Source: Ministeria vibrans ATCC 50519 (Eukaryota; Protista; Filasterea). Taken from it: 55,284 nt of DNA. The position numbers were made by a program, and so were the translations under genes. A model generated the notes under the pieces. It searched no databases, had not been told where the DNA came from, and was given only the letters and a program-made list of their open reading frames with translations. Shown here one piece after another: positions 1 through 17,100 of this stretch. Numbering within the stretch: the stretch's first letter is position 1; each line of letters starts with the position of its first letter. The DNA is taken from positions 1-55,284 of the forward strand of contig CALSCP010000957.1 in assembly GCA_943704425.1 (NCBI GenBank). Direction: 5' to 3'.

Positions 1-112
1 GTGATAGAGAGACAACGTGATAGAGAGACAAAGTGATAGAGAGACAACGTGATAGAGAGACAAAGTGATAGAGAGACAACGTGATAGAGAGACAAAGTGA
101 TAGATAGAGAGA
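1..112 (-). repeat. 16-bp tandem minisatellite (GTGATAGAGAGACAA[C/A])n; reverse complement of the TATCACTTTGT motif family
   Basis: About 6-7 direct tandem copies at the window start, within the presumed LST8 intron that ends at 180 (cttgcag). Confidence 0.9.
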
Positions 113-180
113 GAGAGGAGATGTTGAGTTGATCATCATGTCTTGACTTGCGTTTCCGCCACTCCCTGTGGCTCTTGCAG

Positions 181-1467
<1,287 letters not shown>

Positions 1468-1532
1468 CAATAATAACCATAATAATTATTACACACACAA
1501 TACACAATTCGAAAGATATTTTCAATCTCTAT

Positions 1533-1916
1533 CTACACATCCTTTTTGGTGGCATCCTCAACGGGTGCTTTAGCTTCTGGCTTGACTGCAGACGCGCCTG
1601 CTGACTTGGAATTGGCCTATTTGAAGGAAAAGGTGAGATTTTGTCATATCTCTTGTCACATCGCATTTTCTTCGTTACCTCTTCGGCAATTTTCGCAGCC
1701 TCCTTGGCATGCTCGGCCATTTCCTTGCGCGCAACCTACCCAACGTGAGAGTACGAGAGAGAATGAGTGTGACTGCGACGAAAATACGATTGGACACTTT
1801 TCTTGTACCGATGCTGCCTCTCTCAGGCGCGGAATCACAACCCGAGGCGCATAGATAGTCACAGCGGCAACAGCTACTCCCGCAGCGAGAACCCCCATTA
1901 CAAATCGACTCGGCAT
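1533..1916 (-). CDS. 82-aa hypothetical protein with N-terminal hydrophobic anchor, 3 exons
   Basis: Two in-frame GT-AG introns join MPSRFVMGVLAAGVAVAAVTIYAPRVVIPRLREAAS + VARKEMAEHAKEAAKIAEE + ANSKSAGASAVKPEAKAPVEDATKKDV*. An AT-rich leader precedes the ATG. Confidence 0.7.
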
Positions 1917-2033
1917 TTTTTTGAAAAATAAATTGAATAAATAATATTGAATATTGATCACTGAGTATGTGCTGAGTATGAACCAAATGCAATCACAATG
2001 CAATCCATTCTCACATGATCACTCATCACTCAT

Positions 2034-2139
2034 CAATCGTCAGCGACCCGGGCTTACCCGGCGCCGTTGGCGACCGCTTCTTTGGTAAGTCTGGTTCCCA
2101 CAGTTCATTTTGGGAGAGGGCACTTGAACCGAACGATTG
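2034..2139 (+). ncRNA. Candidate structured ncRNA (unassigned)
   Basis: GC-rich island in an AT-rich divergent intergenic gap. Stems 2034-2040/2133-2139, 2048-2058/2084-2094 and 2059-2065/2069-2076. GGTAAGT at 2084 and ATTTTGG at 2107. Confidence 0.3.
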
Positions 2140-2177
2140 CAATACAACTAAAATAATCTAAATTATTTTACTCACTC

Positions 2178-3988
2178 ATGATCTGCCTGCTGGCGACGCG
2201 ATTCGTTGCAGCAAGAAGATGGGCGAGATTACAATGTACAGAAAGCAAACAACCCCCGTGTGTTCTTCTCACAGGCGCAACGGGAATTGTCGGGACGGCG
2301 GTAGTCGAAGATCTACTCGAGCGGAACGTGTAAGATCTGCGACAAACAGAGCAGAGGCGCCTCTGCTTACCGCCGCTTCAACTTCTCGGCGGCGTGTTTA
2401 GGAAGATGCATCTGCTGATTCGCGGCGAACATGGTTTTGAGCGTCTTCTGAAGCGAATTCGGCCCGAACTTCACTCGCTCGCCCACTCACTGACCACAAC
2501 GCACCAAGGAGCGCTCCTCGACGCCCCCTGCCCCTTTCCCCTTGCCGCTCTCAAAGAGGTACGCCCCTGACATGCACGAGAGAGAGAGTGAGAGTGAGAG
2601 AGAGAGCGGAAGAGACGCGAGAACCGCTGACTCGTTGGGGGTTGGGTGGCTCTCAGACAACACACGTCGTCAACATTGCGTCGTTTACGCATTTTCATCT
2701 GACGGACGAAGAGAAGCGCGTCAACGAAACGGGTCCTGCCTGGCTCTACCAGATGATGAGTGAGCACGCGCCCCAAGTGAAGCGCTTTGCGCACATTGGC
2801 ACTGCCTTCTCGTGCGGTGACAGACCCGGCCCGCGCGTCGTCCTCGAAACGGACGCTCCTCCACCACCCCACATTCCCCACTTGTGGTCCTACGCCGAAT
2901 CAAAAGCTATCGTACGACATATACATGCGCACTATATCAATACACTAAATTCTCTCAACAGGCTGAAATGAACCTCATGGAGTGCAGTCAACACCACTCC
3001 ATCCCAACAGTGCACACAAGAGAGATAGAGAAAGAGATAAAGACTTTGCTAATGCTCAGCGACGTAGGTGGTGCTACGGCCGTCTATCGTAATTGGTCAC
3101 ACCCGCAAAGGATGCGACCTGGACCGCAGCATCTTCTGGTGTCTGCGCTGGGTTCTCCAGATGCCCCTCTATATTCCACACGACAACTCCTTAGACTGTA
3201 TGCACTTTTATAACATTCCTACCATTGTTTTTTTGTTTTGTAAATGTCTTTTGTGTGTATGTGTGTGTATTTGTGTGCGTTTCATTTTTCTAAGCAAACT
3301 ATATCAAGTCTTTTCCTTCTGACCTGTTACTCAAACCTCAATCAGCAAAATAATAATATTATTAGTGCATATTTTATGGTTTTGCATGTTTCATTTCTCA
3401 AACTCAACTTTTCTCTCTTTCTCTCTCGTGTTAGGTATTCCGGTGGACTATTGCGCCAATGCCGTTTCCACTGTGCTTTTTCATCAGTCTCGTCTCGCTC
3501 ATTCAGTCTATCACATTTCAAGTGGGTCAACCCCCCGAAACTTTTTATCGGAACAACAACAAACCCTTTCGCGTCGCTTTCCGCATTCTTTTTCTCCTGA
3601 TTCATTTCCACTTATCTCAAAAGAACAATGCTACGAGAGTGTACACCAAATATTATTCAATCACAATCAATTCCATCTCTCACTTCTTTTGTTCTAGATC
3701 AAGGCCAAATGTAAAGTGCTCGGAAAACACGCGCAAACTATGGAAAGGGCCTTTCAAGACTATTTGACGGCCGCTGATCGCCAATACTGCTTCTCCAACG
3801 ACCGATTGCTGACTGTAAAACACACTGAATCACTCAGACGTAATAATTCTTATTATTATTATCAATTATACCTTTTTTTGGTGCAGGAGTTTCCTTCGTT
3901 AGGGCCTGTACCGTACTTTCGGGATTACGTGGTGCGATGCGAGGAGAGGTTTCAGCGCGATGAGGAATTTGGCGTAGACGACGTATAA
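2178..3988 (+). CDS. Extended SDR / NAD_binding_4 (thioester/fatty acyl-CoA reductase-like) oxidoreductase, multi-exon
   Basis: VLLTGATGIVG Rossmann motif, VVNIAS, RFAHIGTAFSC, catalytic YAESK (YxxxK), VVLRPSIVIGHTRKGC and IPVDYCANAV. Ends FGVDDV*. Confidence 0.85.
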
Positions 3989-4134
3989 TCATTCATATGA
4001 AAATGTAACTTTTCTGATAATTTTCCTTCTTACAAAATGATCTCAAATTTCCAATTTCCAATTTCAAATTAATTATTAATCTGTTTGCGATCTCGCGCAC
4101 CCCCAAGTTGGCCTGAGTCTGCCATTCGGTGAGG

Positions 4135-8142
<4,008 letters not shown>

Positions 8143-8262
8143 CGTGTATCACACACACTTTGTACCCTTTCAATATACTTTTTGCATTGTGTATTTAGTT
8201 CGCTTCTCTCTCTCTCTCTCTTTCACTCACACATTCGCACGCTCACTATTTACATTGTCTTT

Positions 8263-10125
8263 TCAAATGACTGATTTGTCTTTGGAGAAGCACTCTGGCG
8301 CATGCAACGATGTGTTCATGAGGCGGCACTTTTTCGAGCAGTAGCGCACTCGTTCGCACATCTCACACAATACAAACTCGTTGGGGGGAGGTTGATCGCG
8401 CATACAGATGGGATTGGCACAGTCGCAGGGAACCGCATGGCGCACGCGCAGACGAGGCCCAACGCCCTCGAGCACGCCGAAAACGTGCTCTTGCCAGGTG
8501 CCCGCCGAATGCGCTGCCACAACAGCTTGCACGGCAACACGACGGGCCTCGCTCGCGTCGACGGAGCACAGTGTGTCTGAGTGCTCACCCATGCACGCGA
8601 GCACACGCTCCCCTTCCACCACACACGGGTGGGTCGTCGAGTGTGCGTCGCGAAACTGCACCACTGCTTGCTCAAGTGTCTCGCGCATCCCATGCACATC
8701 TATCAGGTGCTGTGCTCCTGCCAGTGCATAGAGTGCCGCCGCCGGCTCAACCGACTTCTTGTCGCCCCCATACACCACACGAGCAAGTGCAACCACCCGG
8801 CGACGCAGCACAATCTCTTCGTCAAACCGACCCATCTGGAAGAGCGATTCGGCCGTATCGTTGAGCAAGGGAAGCAACACACGGCTGTACCGGGGATAGT
8901 AGGCGTCAGCATCACGCACAGCGGCACACAAAAGTTCCGCCGCCTCGCTGAAACATCCGCGAACCGTCAGGGCACGCGCACAGCGCTGCAGCGTCACCGC
9001 GCGAACGCGTGGACTTGCGGCAAATGAAGCGTGGCTCATGGCACGAGCACTTGCTCGTGCCGCTTCCTCCGGGTCACTGGCGGCGCGAGTTACGGCCAGC
9101 AACGAGAGAATCTCGGAGCGCGTGGGGCGACCGGTGAAGTCGTCAAAATTGGCATGAAGGCACAACTCGAGCAGATGACTGGCCTCCTCTTCGCTCTCGT
9201 GAATGTCCCACTCAAGACAGGCAAGGCCGTATAGCGCCTCAACAATAGAGTAGCGCGTCGAATCGTGGCCCGCATCGGTGAGTTCGGTACCGCTGTCGCG
9301 CGCGTCCGACTCGGCACATGCACACTCATCGAACCCTTTGGTCGCACATCGAAAGGCAAACTCAATTCTATCACGCTGACGCCCCACTGCCAACAGCGCA
9401 CGTCCGCACTCGACTGTCGCGTGCGCCGAGCGACGATCAAATTCGCCGTAGGCAAGATCGTGCAACTTGGACGTGGTCAGCGCCGCCTGCGACCAACGCT
9501 CAAGATCGCCCAGGTGCTCAAACAGCTGCACGGTGTCGCTCAACAATGGACACACATCACTTGGTCTGAGGCCGTCGGCACGCAGCGCATTGAAGGCCTC
9601 GCTGCACGTCCGCAGTGCCGACCGAAACTTGCCTGCGATCATTTTGATCTCAACCTCGGCGTGCATCAACATGATAAACACTCGCCACTGCTGACAGGGA
9701 CGCGCCCAGGGCAGCGCAGGCGCAAGGGGTCTCTGAGGAACGCTGTGGTCGGGAGCCGTGGGTGTGCCGTCTGCGGGTGGGTCGTCGTCGCTCTGCTCTT
9801 GTGTTGTTTGGTGGGCACACTCGCTTGCATATGCGTCGTTGACAATTTCACGCGCCTGCTCAATCAGCTCAAGCGCGGCGTCCACGCGGTTGTCGAGGGC
9901 CGCCAGCTGTGCTTGGGCACACATGCATTCGAGGACGTCGGGGCATCCTTTGCCGCAGAGGCGCTGCGAGAGCGCCCGAGAATGTTGGAAGAAGTTTTCG
10001 GCGTCGGCGAGTCGCGCTCGTCCGTGCATCGCTGCAAACGCCATCTTGCGCAGCGCCAGCGCTTTTTCTGGACCATCCTCTTGTCGGAGGATGGCCATAA
10101 AGTCTTCGCGAACATTGGCGCTCAT
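8263..10125 (-). CDS. TPR-like helical repeat protein with C-terminal MYND zinc finger, intronless
   Basis: 620-aa ORF with kinesin-light-chain-type TPR segments (LLNDTAESLFQMGRFDEEIVLRRRVVAL) and C-terminal CANPIC...CEMCERVRYCSKKC...LHAPEC. Confidence 0.8.
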   Translation of the reverse strand: MSANVREDFMAILRQEDGPEKALALRKMAFAAMHGRARLADAENFFQHSRALSQRLCGKGCPDVLECMCAQAQLAALDNRVDAALELIEQAREIVNDAYASECAHQTTQEQSDDDPPADGTPTAPDHSVPQRPLAPALPWARPCQQWRVFIMLMHAEVEIKMIAGKFRSALRTCSEAFNALRADGLRPSDVCPLLSDTVQLFEHLGDLERWSQAALTTSKLHDLAYGEFDRRSAHATVECGRALLAVGRQRDRIEFAFRCATKGFDECACAESDARDSGTELTDAGHDSTRYSIVEALYGLACLEWDIHESEEEASHLLELCLHANFDDFTGRPTRSEILSLLAVTRAASDPEEAARASARAMSHASFAASPRVRAVTLQRCARALTVRGCFSEAAELLCAAVRDADAYYPRYSRVLLPLLNDTAESLFQMGRFDEEIVLRRRVVALARVVYGGDKKSVEPAAALYALAGAQHLIDVHGMRETLEQAVVQFRDAHSTTHPCVVEGERVLACMGEHSDTLCSVDASEARRVAVQAVVAAHSAGTWQEHVFGVLEGVGPRLRVRHAVPCDCANPICMRDQPPPNEFVLCEMCERVRYCSKKCRLMNTSLHAPECFSKDKSVI

Positions 10126-10219
10126 GCTCAATTAAATAATAATAAATTATTTTGTGATCTGACTCATCTGAATTATTGTGAGTCGCAAATAAATTCGTAA
10201 TGATCATCTTTTTTCCTTC

Positions 10220-11602
10220 ATGTCCTTGCCCAAACTTGTGCCATGGTATGACGATGCCGAATTTGCCATGGTAGGAGGACGACTGTTCTCGGGGGATCCC
10301 AGCGAGAGAGCGGCCGGAGCCGAGCACGTTGCAATGTGGTCGGGTCGTGGAAGGTGTCCCATCGAGGCTGAGTGCAGCGCCCAGCTCGTCCGTCTCCTGC
10401 TGCAATACGAGCAGACGCTCCGTACTGGCGTGCCCGCGGACGACGAGGTCTGGCAGCTGGCTGCCTCGCTGGCGCTGGTGCGGCTCATCAGCGGCGTGTG
10501 TGATGCACAGCAGCAGGGGACGCACGCGCGCTCCATCGCGTCGGTGGCCACCCACATTGGCATTCCTCTGTGGCTTGTGGACGTTCGCCATCACGCCACA
10601 CACATGGTGCTGCCGTCAACAGACATCCTCAATGCTGCCATGCTCAACGCCCTCGTCTGGCTCCGCTCCCATTTTTGGTCAGCGCGCAGTGCCAATCGCC
10701 AGATGATCAGTCAGTCAGTGCGCGATATGATTCAGACTTATGCCGACATTGTTGCGCGCCTCGCATCGCTCGAGGCCTCGTCATCATCATCAGCATCAGC
10801 ATCGTCTTGTTCCCCGTCCCTCTCAGCGTCGTCAAGTGGTCCCAAACGAAAACGCGACTTTGCCAATCCTGCCGCTGTCCGTGCCGAGTTCCAATCAAAT
10901 CTCCGTGACGGTGTGGTCTACCAGCGCGACGACATCATCACTCGCATCATTCAACAGACAGAGCTACTGGGCCCGGACGCCATGGAATCGGCACTTGTTG
11001 GCGCTTTGATTGACAGTGGACTGGGCGATCGCGACTCGGGCGACCAATGGTCGGCGCTGCTCACCCGCTGCGAAAGCACCTGGAACAGCTCCTTCAGTCT
11101 TTCCCTCATCACAGCAACTGCCATACGACTCAATATCAGCGAGAGCGGACAGTCGAGCGGGTCCACACGAGTAACGGCCGCCGCCGTGCGATGGGCGTGC
11201 ACCGCAGCGCGTGCTTACGCGCGCCACGCACAGCCCTTCACGGGCATCCCTCTCAAGTGCCATCCCGCACAACGCGCTGCTCTCACACACGCACGCGAAC
11301 TTCTCAGTAACGCACACAGTGCGCCAGCCATTGCACTTCGAGAGGCACTGAGTGCGTCCATCGATGCTCGGGACGAAGAACCTGGCGTAGCACATCCCAC
11401 ACAAGACACAATGTGGATCGGCGTGCCCATTGGGCGTCTCCCACTCGCCCTCTCTCCCATCGCCACCCATCCTTCCCTCGAGCTATACGATGCCCTGCGC
11501 GTCCATGAACAACCCGCCCGCCCGGTCTTGCCCCAATCCACTCAAACCCAACTCACTACTGCGCAACCAAAGAAACGCAGAAAAACTGTCACTCTCTTGT
11601 AA
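10220..11602 (+). CDS. LAS1: Las1-like pre-rRNA endonuclease (HEPN), intronless
   Basis: VPW N-terminus, W.GRG..P...E, LALVRLISG, IGIPLWLVDVRHHATH (RHxxxH HEPN motif) and LPS; basic C-terminal NLS (PKKRRK). Confidence 0.9.
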   Translation: MSLPKLVPWYDDAEFAMVGGRLFSGDPSERAAGAEHVAMWSGRGRCPIEAECSAQLVRLLLQYEQTLRTGVPADDEVWQLAASLALVRLISGVCDAQQQGTHARSIASVATHIGIPLWLVDVRHHATHMVLPSTDILNAAMLNALVWLRSHFWSARSANRQMISQSVRDMIQTYADIVARLASLEASSSSSASASSCSPSLSASSSGPKRKRDFANPAAVRAEFQSNLRDGVVYQRDDIITRIIQQTELLGPDAMESALVGALIDSGLGDRDSGDQWSALLTRCESTWNSSFSLSLITATAIRLNISESGQSSGSTRVTAAAVRWACTAARAYARHAQPFTGIPLKCHPAQRAALTHARELLSNAHSAPAIALREALSASIDARDEEPGVAHPTQDTMWIGVPIGRLPLALSPIATHPSLELYDALRVHEQPARPVLPQSTQTQLTTAQPKKRRKTVTLL

Positions 11603-11666
11603 TAAAAGGCATACACACACACACACACACACACATCACATCACACATACACAAGATGGAAAAGAA

Positions 11667-13884
11667 TCAGAGTTTGACGCAAACGGTCTTCTGCTCGGAA
11701 AAGAAAGCAAGGCTCTCCTCTTGGTCCTCCCGGCCCACCCCACTGCTTTTGCACCCGCCAAAGGGCATGCGCAGGTCACGTACAAGCCAACAGTTGACCC
11801 ACACGGTCCCTACTTCCACCTGCGCTGCAATTCGGTGCGCCCGTGTCACATCCCTCGTCCACACACTCGCACTCAGTCCAAACTCAACGCTGTTCGCAAG
11901 TTCAATCACCTGCACTCGAAATACCAATGTCAAGTTAGTCAATGGTGAAACAATGATCAAAAAATTGTGCGCTGTTCTTTTTTCGTTTTGTTCTTGTTGT
12001 TTTTTTGTGTGTTAGGACCTGCTCTTCCGTTTCAAACGGTGAAATGGTCACCACAGGCCCAAAGATCTCCTCCAACTGACAGCGATCGGTCGGTACGAGT
12101 CCTGTCACAACGGTCGGATTCACATAGTAACCCGTCTGCAGTTCACTCGGCAGGTTCGCCGGTTCTGCTGTCGCTGCGCCTCCCGCGAAGTGCACCCGAG
12201 ACCCTTCGCTCGATTGTGCCAACAAAATGTACGATAAAACTTTTGCCTGTATAGAAAGAGGAGATGAATATGCGTTTGAGAAGAAAAGCTTGGTGAGTTT
12301 TACCTTGTGTTCCGCCGAAACCAAAGGACCAGTTGTCGTTTTCGCTGAAAAGATAGAATAAATATTCATTTTATATATAATTGGTCTCCGTTGGTGTGGG
12401 TGTGCATGTGTATGTGTGTGTATGTGTGTCTTACGGTCTGAGGGATCACCAACAACCAACTTGTCGGTTTCCGCAATGAACCCCGCAACAAACTGGTCGT
12501 AAATGGACTGTTGAACGTAAATACGGGAGCCGCACAGACAAATCTGACCACCATTGGCAAACGCAGCACGAACAGACGTACTGATGGCAACAGGAAGATC
12601 ACAGTCGGAGAAGCTAAGAGGGAATAAAGGTGAGTAAAATGATTGAATGATTGACAGTGAGTGGGTCAGTGACTGAAAGTGAGTTTAATATGAGTGAGTG
12701 GACAAAATCTCCTCTCAAACTCAATTCTTACACAATGTTTGGATTCTTTCCACCCAGTTCAAGAGAGACCTTTTTAAAATGAGGAGCGGCCAAATGTGTA
12801 ATCTACAAAAAAAGACAAATTATTTTATTGTTATTATTAATACAATCTCCACAGACACCAGAAAATTGTGTGTGTGTGTCTCTCTCTCTGTATAAAGTGT
12901 ACCTTTTCGCCAGTGGCAGTGGATCCGGTAAAAGAAATTGCCTTGATCTTGGGATGACCCACCAGAGCCGCTCCAACTCCAGCGCCAGTCCCAAACACCA
13001 CTATCCATCAGAGAGGTTGACACTCGGTCTCACTGCGTCTCATTTTAGGTGCCTTACTGTTGAGGACTCCGTTGGGAACACCCGCTTCGACAAACGCACT
13101 GCAGAGCATATGAGCAGTGACTGATGTAAACTCGGACGGTTTGCACACCATACAGTTGCCAGCTACAAAAAAAAACAAAACAAAAAACAAAAACAAAAAC
13201 AAAAAGGTCTCGGGAGTCAGGAAACAAAACCACAACGGCGCTGTGTATCCGTACCAGCCATAGCGGGAGCGATCTTGAACGAGAGCAGATAGAGCGGTAG
13301 GTTCCACGGCGAAACGAGGCCCACCACACCGAGGGGAGCCTGGATGGTGTAGTTCAAGGCGACATTGTCAATGTGCGACGCCTTGTCGCAGTGGTGCAGA
13401 ATGGCCCCGGCAAAGAAGCGGAAGTTGTGCACTACGCGCGGAATGTCAACGGCACGCGCAAGCGACACCGGCTTGCCCTGGTCCTCGCTCTCCGCCTTGG
13501 CATACAGTTCAAGGTCGCGCTCGACGATGTCGGCAACTTTGTACATGAGCTGGACGAGAAAGCGAAGGAGAGGAGGAGAGAAGAGTGCGCTCGTTGGCCC
13601 ATTTCAAAACATACCTTGGCACGCTCCTGGCTCGACACCTTGCGCCACGACGCAAACGCAGCCAGCGCAGCATCAACAGCAGCGTCCACGTCGCGCTTGT
13701 CGCTGTCCGCAACTCGTCCGTACTCCTGCGCACGACGGTGTTTTACTCTCGACCGAGAAAATACAACACACACACAGCTCGAGAGTTCTCAAACCTTTCC
13801 CGTTGCAGGCGTGTAGTTGGGTATCGACTTGCCCGTAGCAGGCGCCACAAACGCTCCGTTGATAAAGTTTGTTTCCACCGACAT
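11667..13884 (-). CDS. ALDH8A1: 2-aminomuconate semialdehyde dehydrogenase, multi-exon
   Basis: VDIPRVVHNFRFFA, SPWNLPLYLL, TGSTATG, SLELGGKNP, FANGGQICLCGSRIYV, EEIFGPV and WVNCWLVRDLRMPFGG. Confidence 0.92.
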
Positions 13885-14120
13885 GATATATAATAATTAT
13901 ATTGTTGAGGTTAAAATGATCACTCACATCTGAAAGAATTAATGCTATTATTAATTTATTTTCTTTATTTTCTCAAATTTTTCGTACGCTCGCTGTGAAC
14001 TGTATTTCGTATTTGTGGAGTTATATATTAAATATATATACTATACACTACTAATTTCATTTGTATACAAAAGGTCATCCTCCAGAATCCGCATCCATTC
14101 ACCATATTGTATCCACCACA

Positions 14121-17100
14121 CTAATTTCGCATGCCCGACACCGCTTGCGACGCAATTGGAAACACAAAGAAGTTTTCGTCGTCGGTGTCATCTCCATTGC
14201 TATCAGACACCACCAAGATGGGCTCCTTTTCACCTTCACCCTCCTCCTCCTCGTCTTCTTCTTCTTCTTCTTCTTCTTCATCAACGACCACGTCTTTATC
14301 TTCGTTGTAATCTTGCTCGCCAACCGGCGTGGATTGCTGAAGTGCTGTTGCTGCCGAGGTCGCGCCCGCAGCAGCCTTAGCCTGGCGCACTGTCAGTGTC
14401 TTCGGAGCGCACACATCGGCGGGATGGTCCTTGGTCTCGCTCAGGGACACAAGAGGGCGCTTGCGCGGCCGTCCCGACCCACGATGCGGCACAGACGGAT
14501 CAATGGGAGTACGCGGAGTCCGTTGGGGTTGACGCACGGGCGCCACAGAGGAAGCATCAGAGTAGGGTAGATACATGCTGATGGGAAGGTCGGAGACGGT
14601 ATCGCGCAGGGCCGCCGGAAGGCACCGTGTGCGACCCGAACGGCGCCCGATGGACGCAGGTGCCGAGTGGTTCCCCTCTAGAGTAGGGGTAGCCACTGTG
14701 GTGGTGGTGGTGGTGATTACATCAGAATCATAGCGCAGTGGAGGCTCCATTGAACGGTCCATCAAAATCGAAGAGGCCACCTGAGCCACTGGCACTGCGG
14801 GAGGAGCAGTCGCAGTCGCATTCTTTGTAGTAGCGGTTGTGGTACGCTCTTGTTTCATGGCCCGCTCCATTTGTCGCCTCACGCGTGCCACAGAGGCTTT
14901 TTCAACTACATTCTTGCGCGGTCGTCCTCGCGACCTTCGACTCCCTCCGCGCACATTCAAAGACTCGCTTTCACTACGACGCTTCTTTCGCACATGACCC
15001 CACTCCCCGTCTGATTCCACGTCGTCTTCGACAGACTTAGACTCGCCGTCGGTGTCAACCAACACCGCCCCGATCCACTCAGAAGATACCTTCAATCCAC
15101 GTGCCTCAATATTCCTCACCGCTTCATCACCAACGCCATTCCCTTCATGCGCCCCTACTTCTATTTCATCGACCTCCTCCACTTCACTTTCCCTCCCCTT
15201 CCTCCTCTCCTCCATCTCCTCACACCCATCATCATCATCATTACCATCATCATCGTCATTATCNNNNNNNGTCATTACCATCATCATCGTCATTATCATC
15301 ATTATCGTCATCATCATCAGCATCATCATCAGCATCCTGCGCAATAAATACTCCGACAGGCGTGAACGAGCAGCCCTCTTCCCCGATACCATCGTCTCCC
15401 ATCGACGTGTCTTCTTCTTCTTCTTCTTCTTCTTCTTCTTCTTCTTCTTGAAAATCATTCTCCTCCTCTTCCTGCTGCTCCTCTTCCTCATCCTCCTGCT
15501 CCTCCTCCTCCTCTTCTTCTTCTTCTTCTTCTTCTTCTTCTTCTTCTTCTTCTTCTTCTTCTTCTTCTTCTTCTTCTTCTTCTTCCTCATCCTCCTCATC
15601 CCCCTCCTCCTCTTTCTCCTCTTTCTTCTCCACCTCGAGGCGCTCCGGTCGCACTGCTACATCTTCTTCGGGAGCATCTGAGTCCTTCGGGGGCGGCGCG
15701 CGAGTGCGCTCGCCCTTGATCATGTAGGCGTGTGTCTTGATGGGAATCTGTGCACGTCGCAGCATGCGTTGGTACTCGGGGTCTTGGTCAGTGATGAGCG
15801 CACGGAGGTGCATGCCAACTGCCTCACGATACGAGTCAAAGTGGTTCGACTTGCATAGGTCCGGATTGCGACCGTAGCCACCCTCAAAGACGGAAACAAT
15901 GCGAGCCTTGCCGGTCGCAGGCGCACACGCCGACGGTACAACCGTCTCGCAAATGTCCACAATGGAGCGCGTCAACGCAAAGAAGTCGGCGCTCGTCAGC
16001 TGCGCGAGCTCCATCCAGTCGTTCTCGTGAGCGTCAAAACCAGCGCTGATGATCACAAGTTCGGGCTGGAAGGCCACGAGAGCCTCCTCCAGCTCGTGAA
16101 TGATGCCGTCATTAAGAATGTCGCGACGCCACTGGTAGCCGCCCTCGAGCGGGAAATTGATAATGTACGGGTTGGGCGACCCCGGGGCGTCGTGGTTCTC
16201 GTGAATGGTACCAGGGTAGACGCCGTCGTCGCTTACGTGCACCGACACAAACTGGTAAGAGCGGTTGTCGACGGTGGCGGCTGACTCGCGTGCCATGGCA
16301 GAGCGCATGAGCTCCTCGGTGCCGTTACCGTGGTGCACATCAATGTCGATGATAGACACACGCGCGACACCCAACTCGTGGCGCGCGTACACAGCAGCCA
16401 CCGCGGCATTGTTAAACAGACAAAAGCCTTGCGACTCGGCGTCGAGTGCCACGCCGTGAGCACCAGCGTGATGGCCTGGAGGACGCACCATGGAAAAGGC
16501 AGAGGCACAACGTCCCGCCACAGTTTCGGTGACTGCCTCGAGCACGTTGGCGGAGGCAGTCATGGCGGCAAGGTAGGAGCGGTCGCACACGTATGTGTCG
16601 CTATTCTTGGGACTGAGCAATAGTGGTCGACCCGACGGTAGCTTCTCGCACCGTTTCTTCACGCGCGCCAAGTAATCGACGTCGTGCACCTCGGCAACGG
16701 CCTTCTCCGCAATTGCCATGTACTGCTCGTTGACACGACAGCGGACATTGAGACGCGCCGAGTGATCATCTTTGACTTGCATCGCAGCAGCAACCGCGTT
16801 GAACAAACGACCCTGACGATCGTAATGGCCGGTCACGTGTAGACCGCAGTGGGGGTCCCAGAGTGCAAGAACCGGAGGTGGTGGCAATGACGACGATACA
16901 TCAAGAGCGCTTGAAGGCACCGACAACAAAGGTGAGCCAGTACTGCAGTCGCTTGGTTCGGGCGTGAGTGGTGCTCCAATAAACTGCTGTTCGTCCACAA
17001 CGCAACGCCACTCTTGCTCAGCATAGGGGCACGCCTCGAGCGCCAACTCAAAGCGACTCTTCTGATCCGCAAGTGTCTCCTGACGCTTCATCAATGCGCG

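Noticed and set aside
2100-2135. tRNA T-loop-like GGTTCAAGT on the minus strand
   Set aside because: No cloverleaf, D-arm or anticodon arm could be built.
8302-11541. Many overlapping ORFs of up to 311 aa opposite the TPR-MYND and LAS1 genes
   Set aside because: GC-rich shadow frames of real genes with no recognisable motifs.
15264-15270. Apparent frameshift in the HDAC gene, and the poly-Lys ORF 14121-15599 start
   Set aside because: It coincides with a 7-N gap whose flanks duplicate each other. Poly-Lys is the off-frame reading of poly-Glu.
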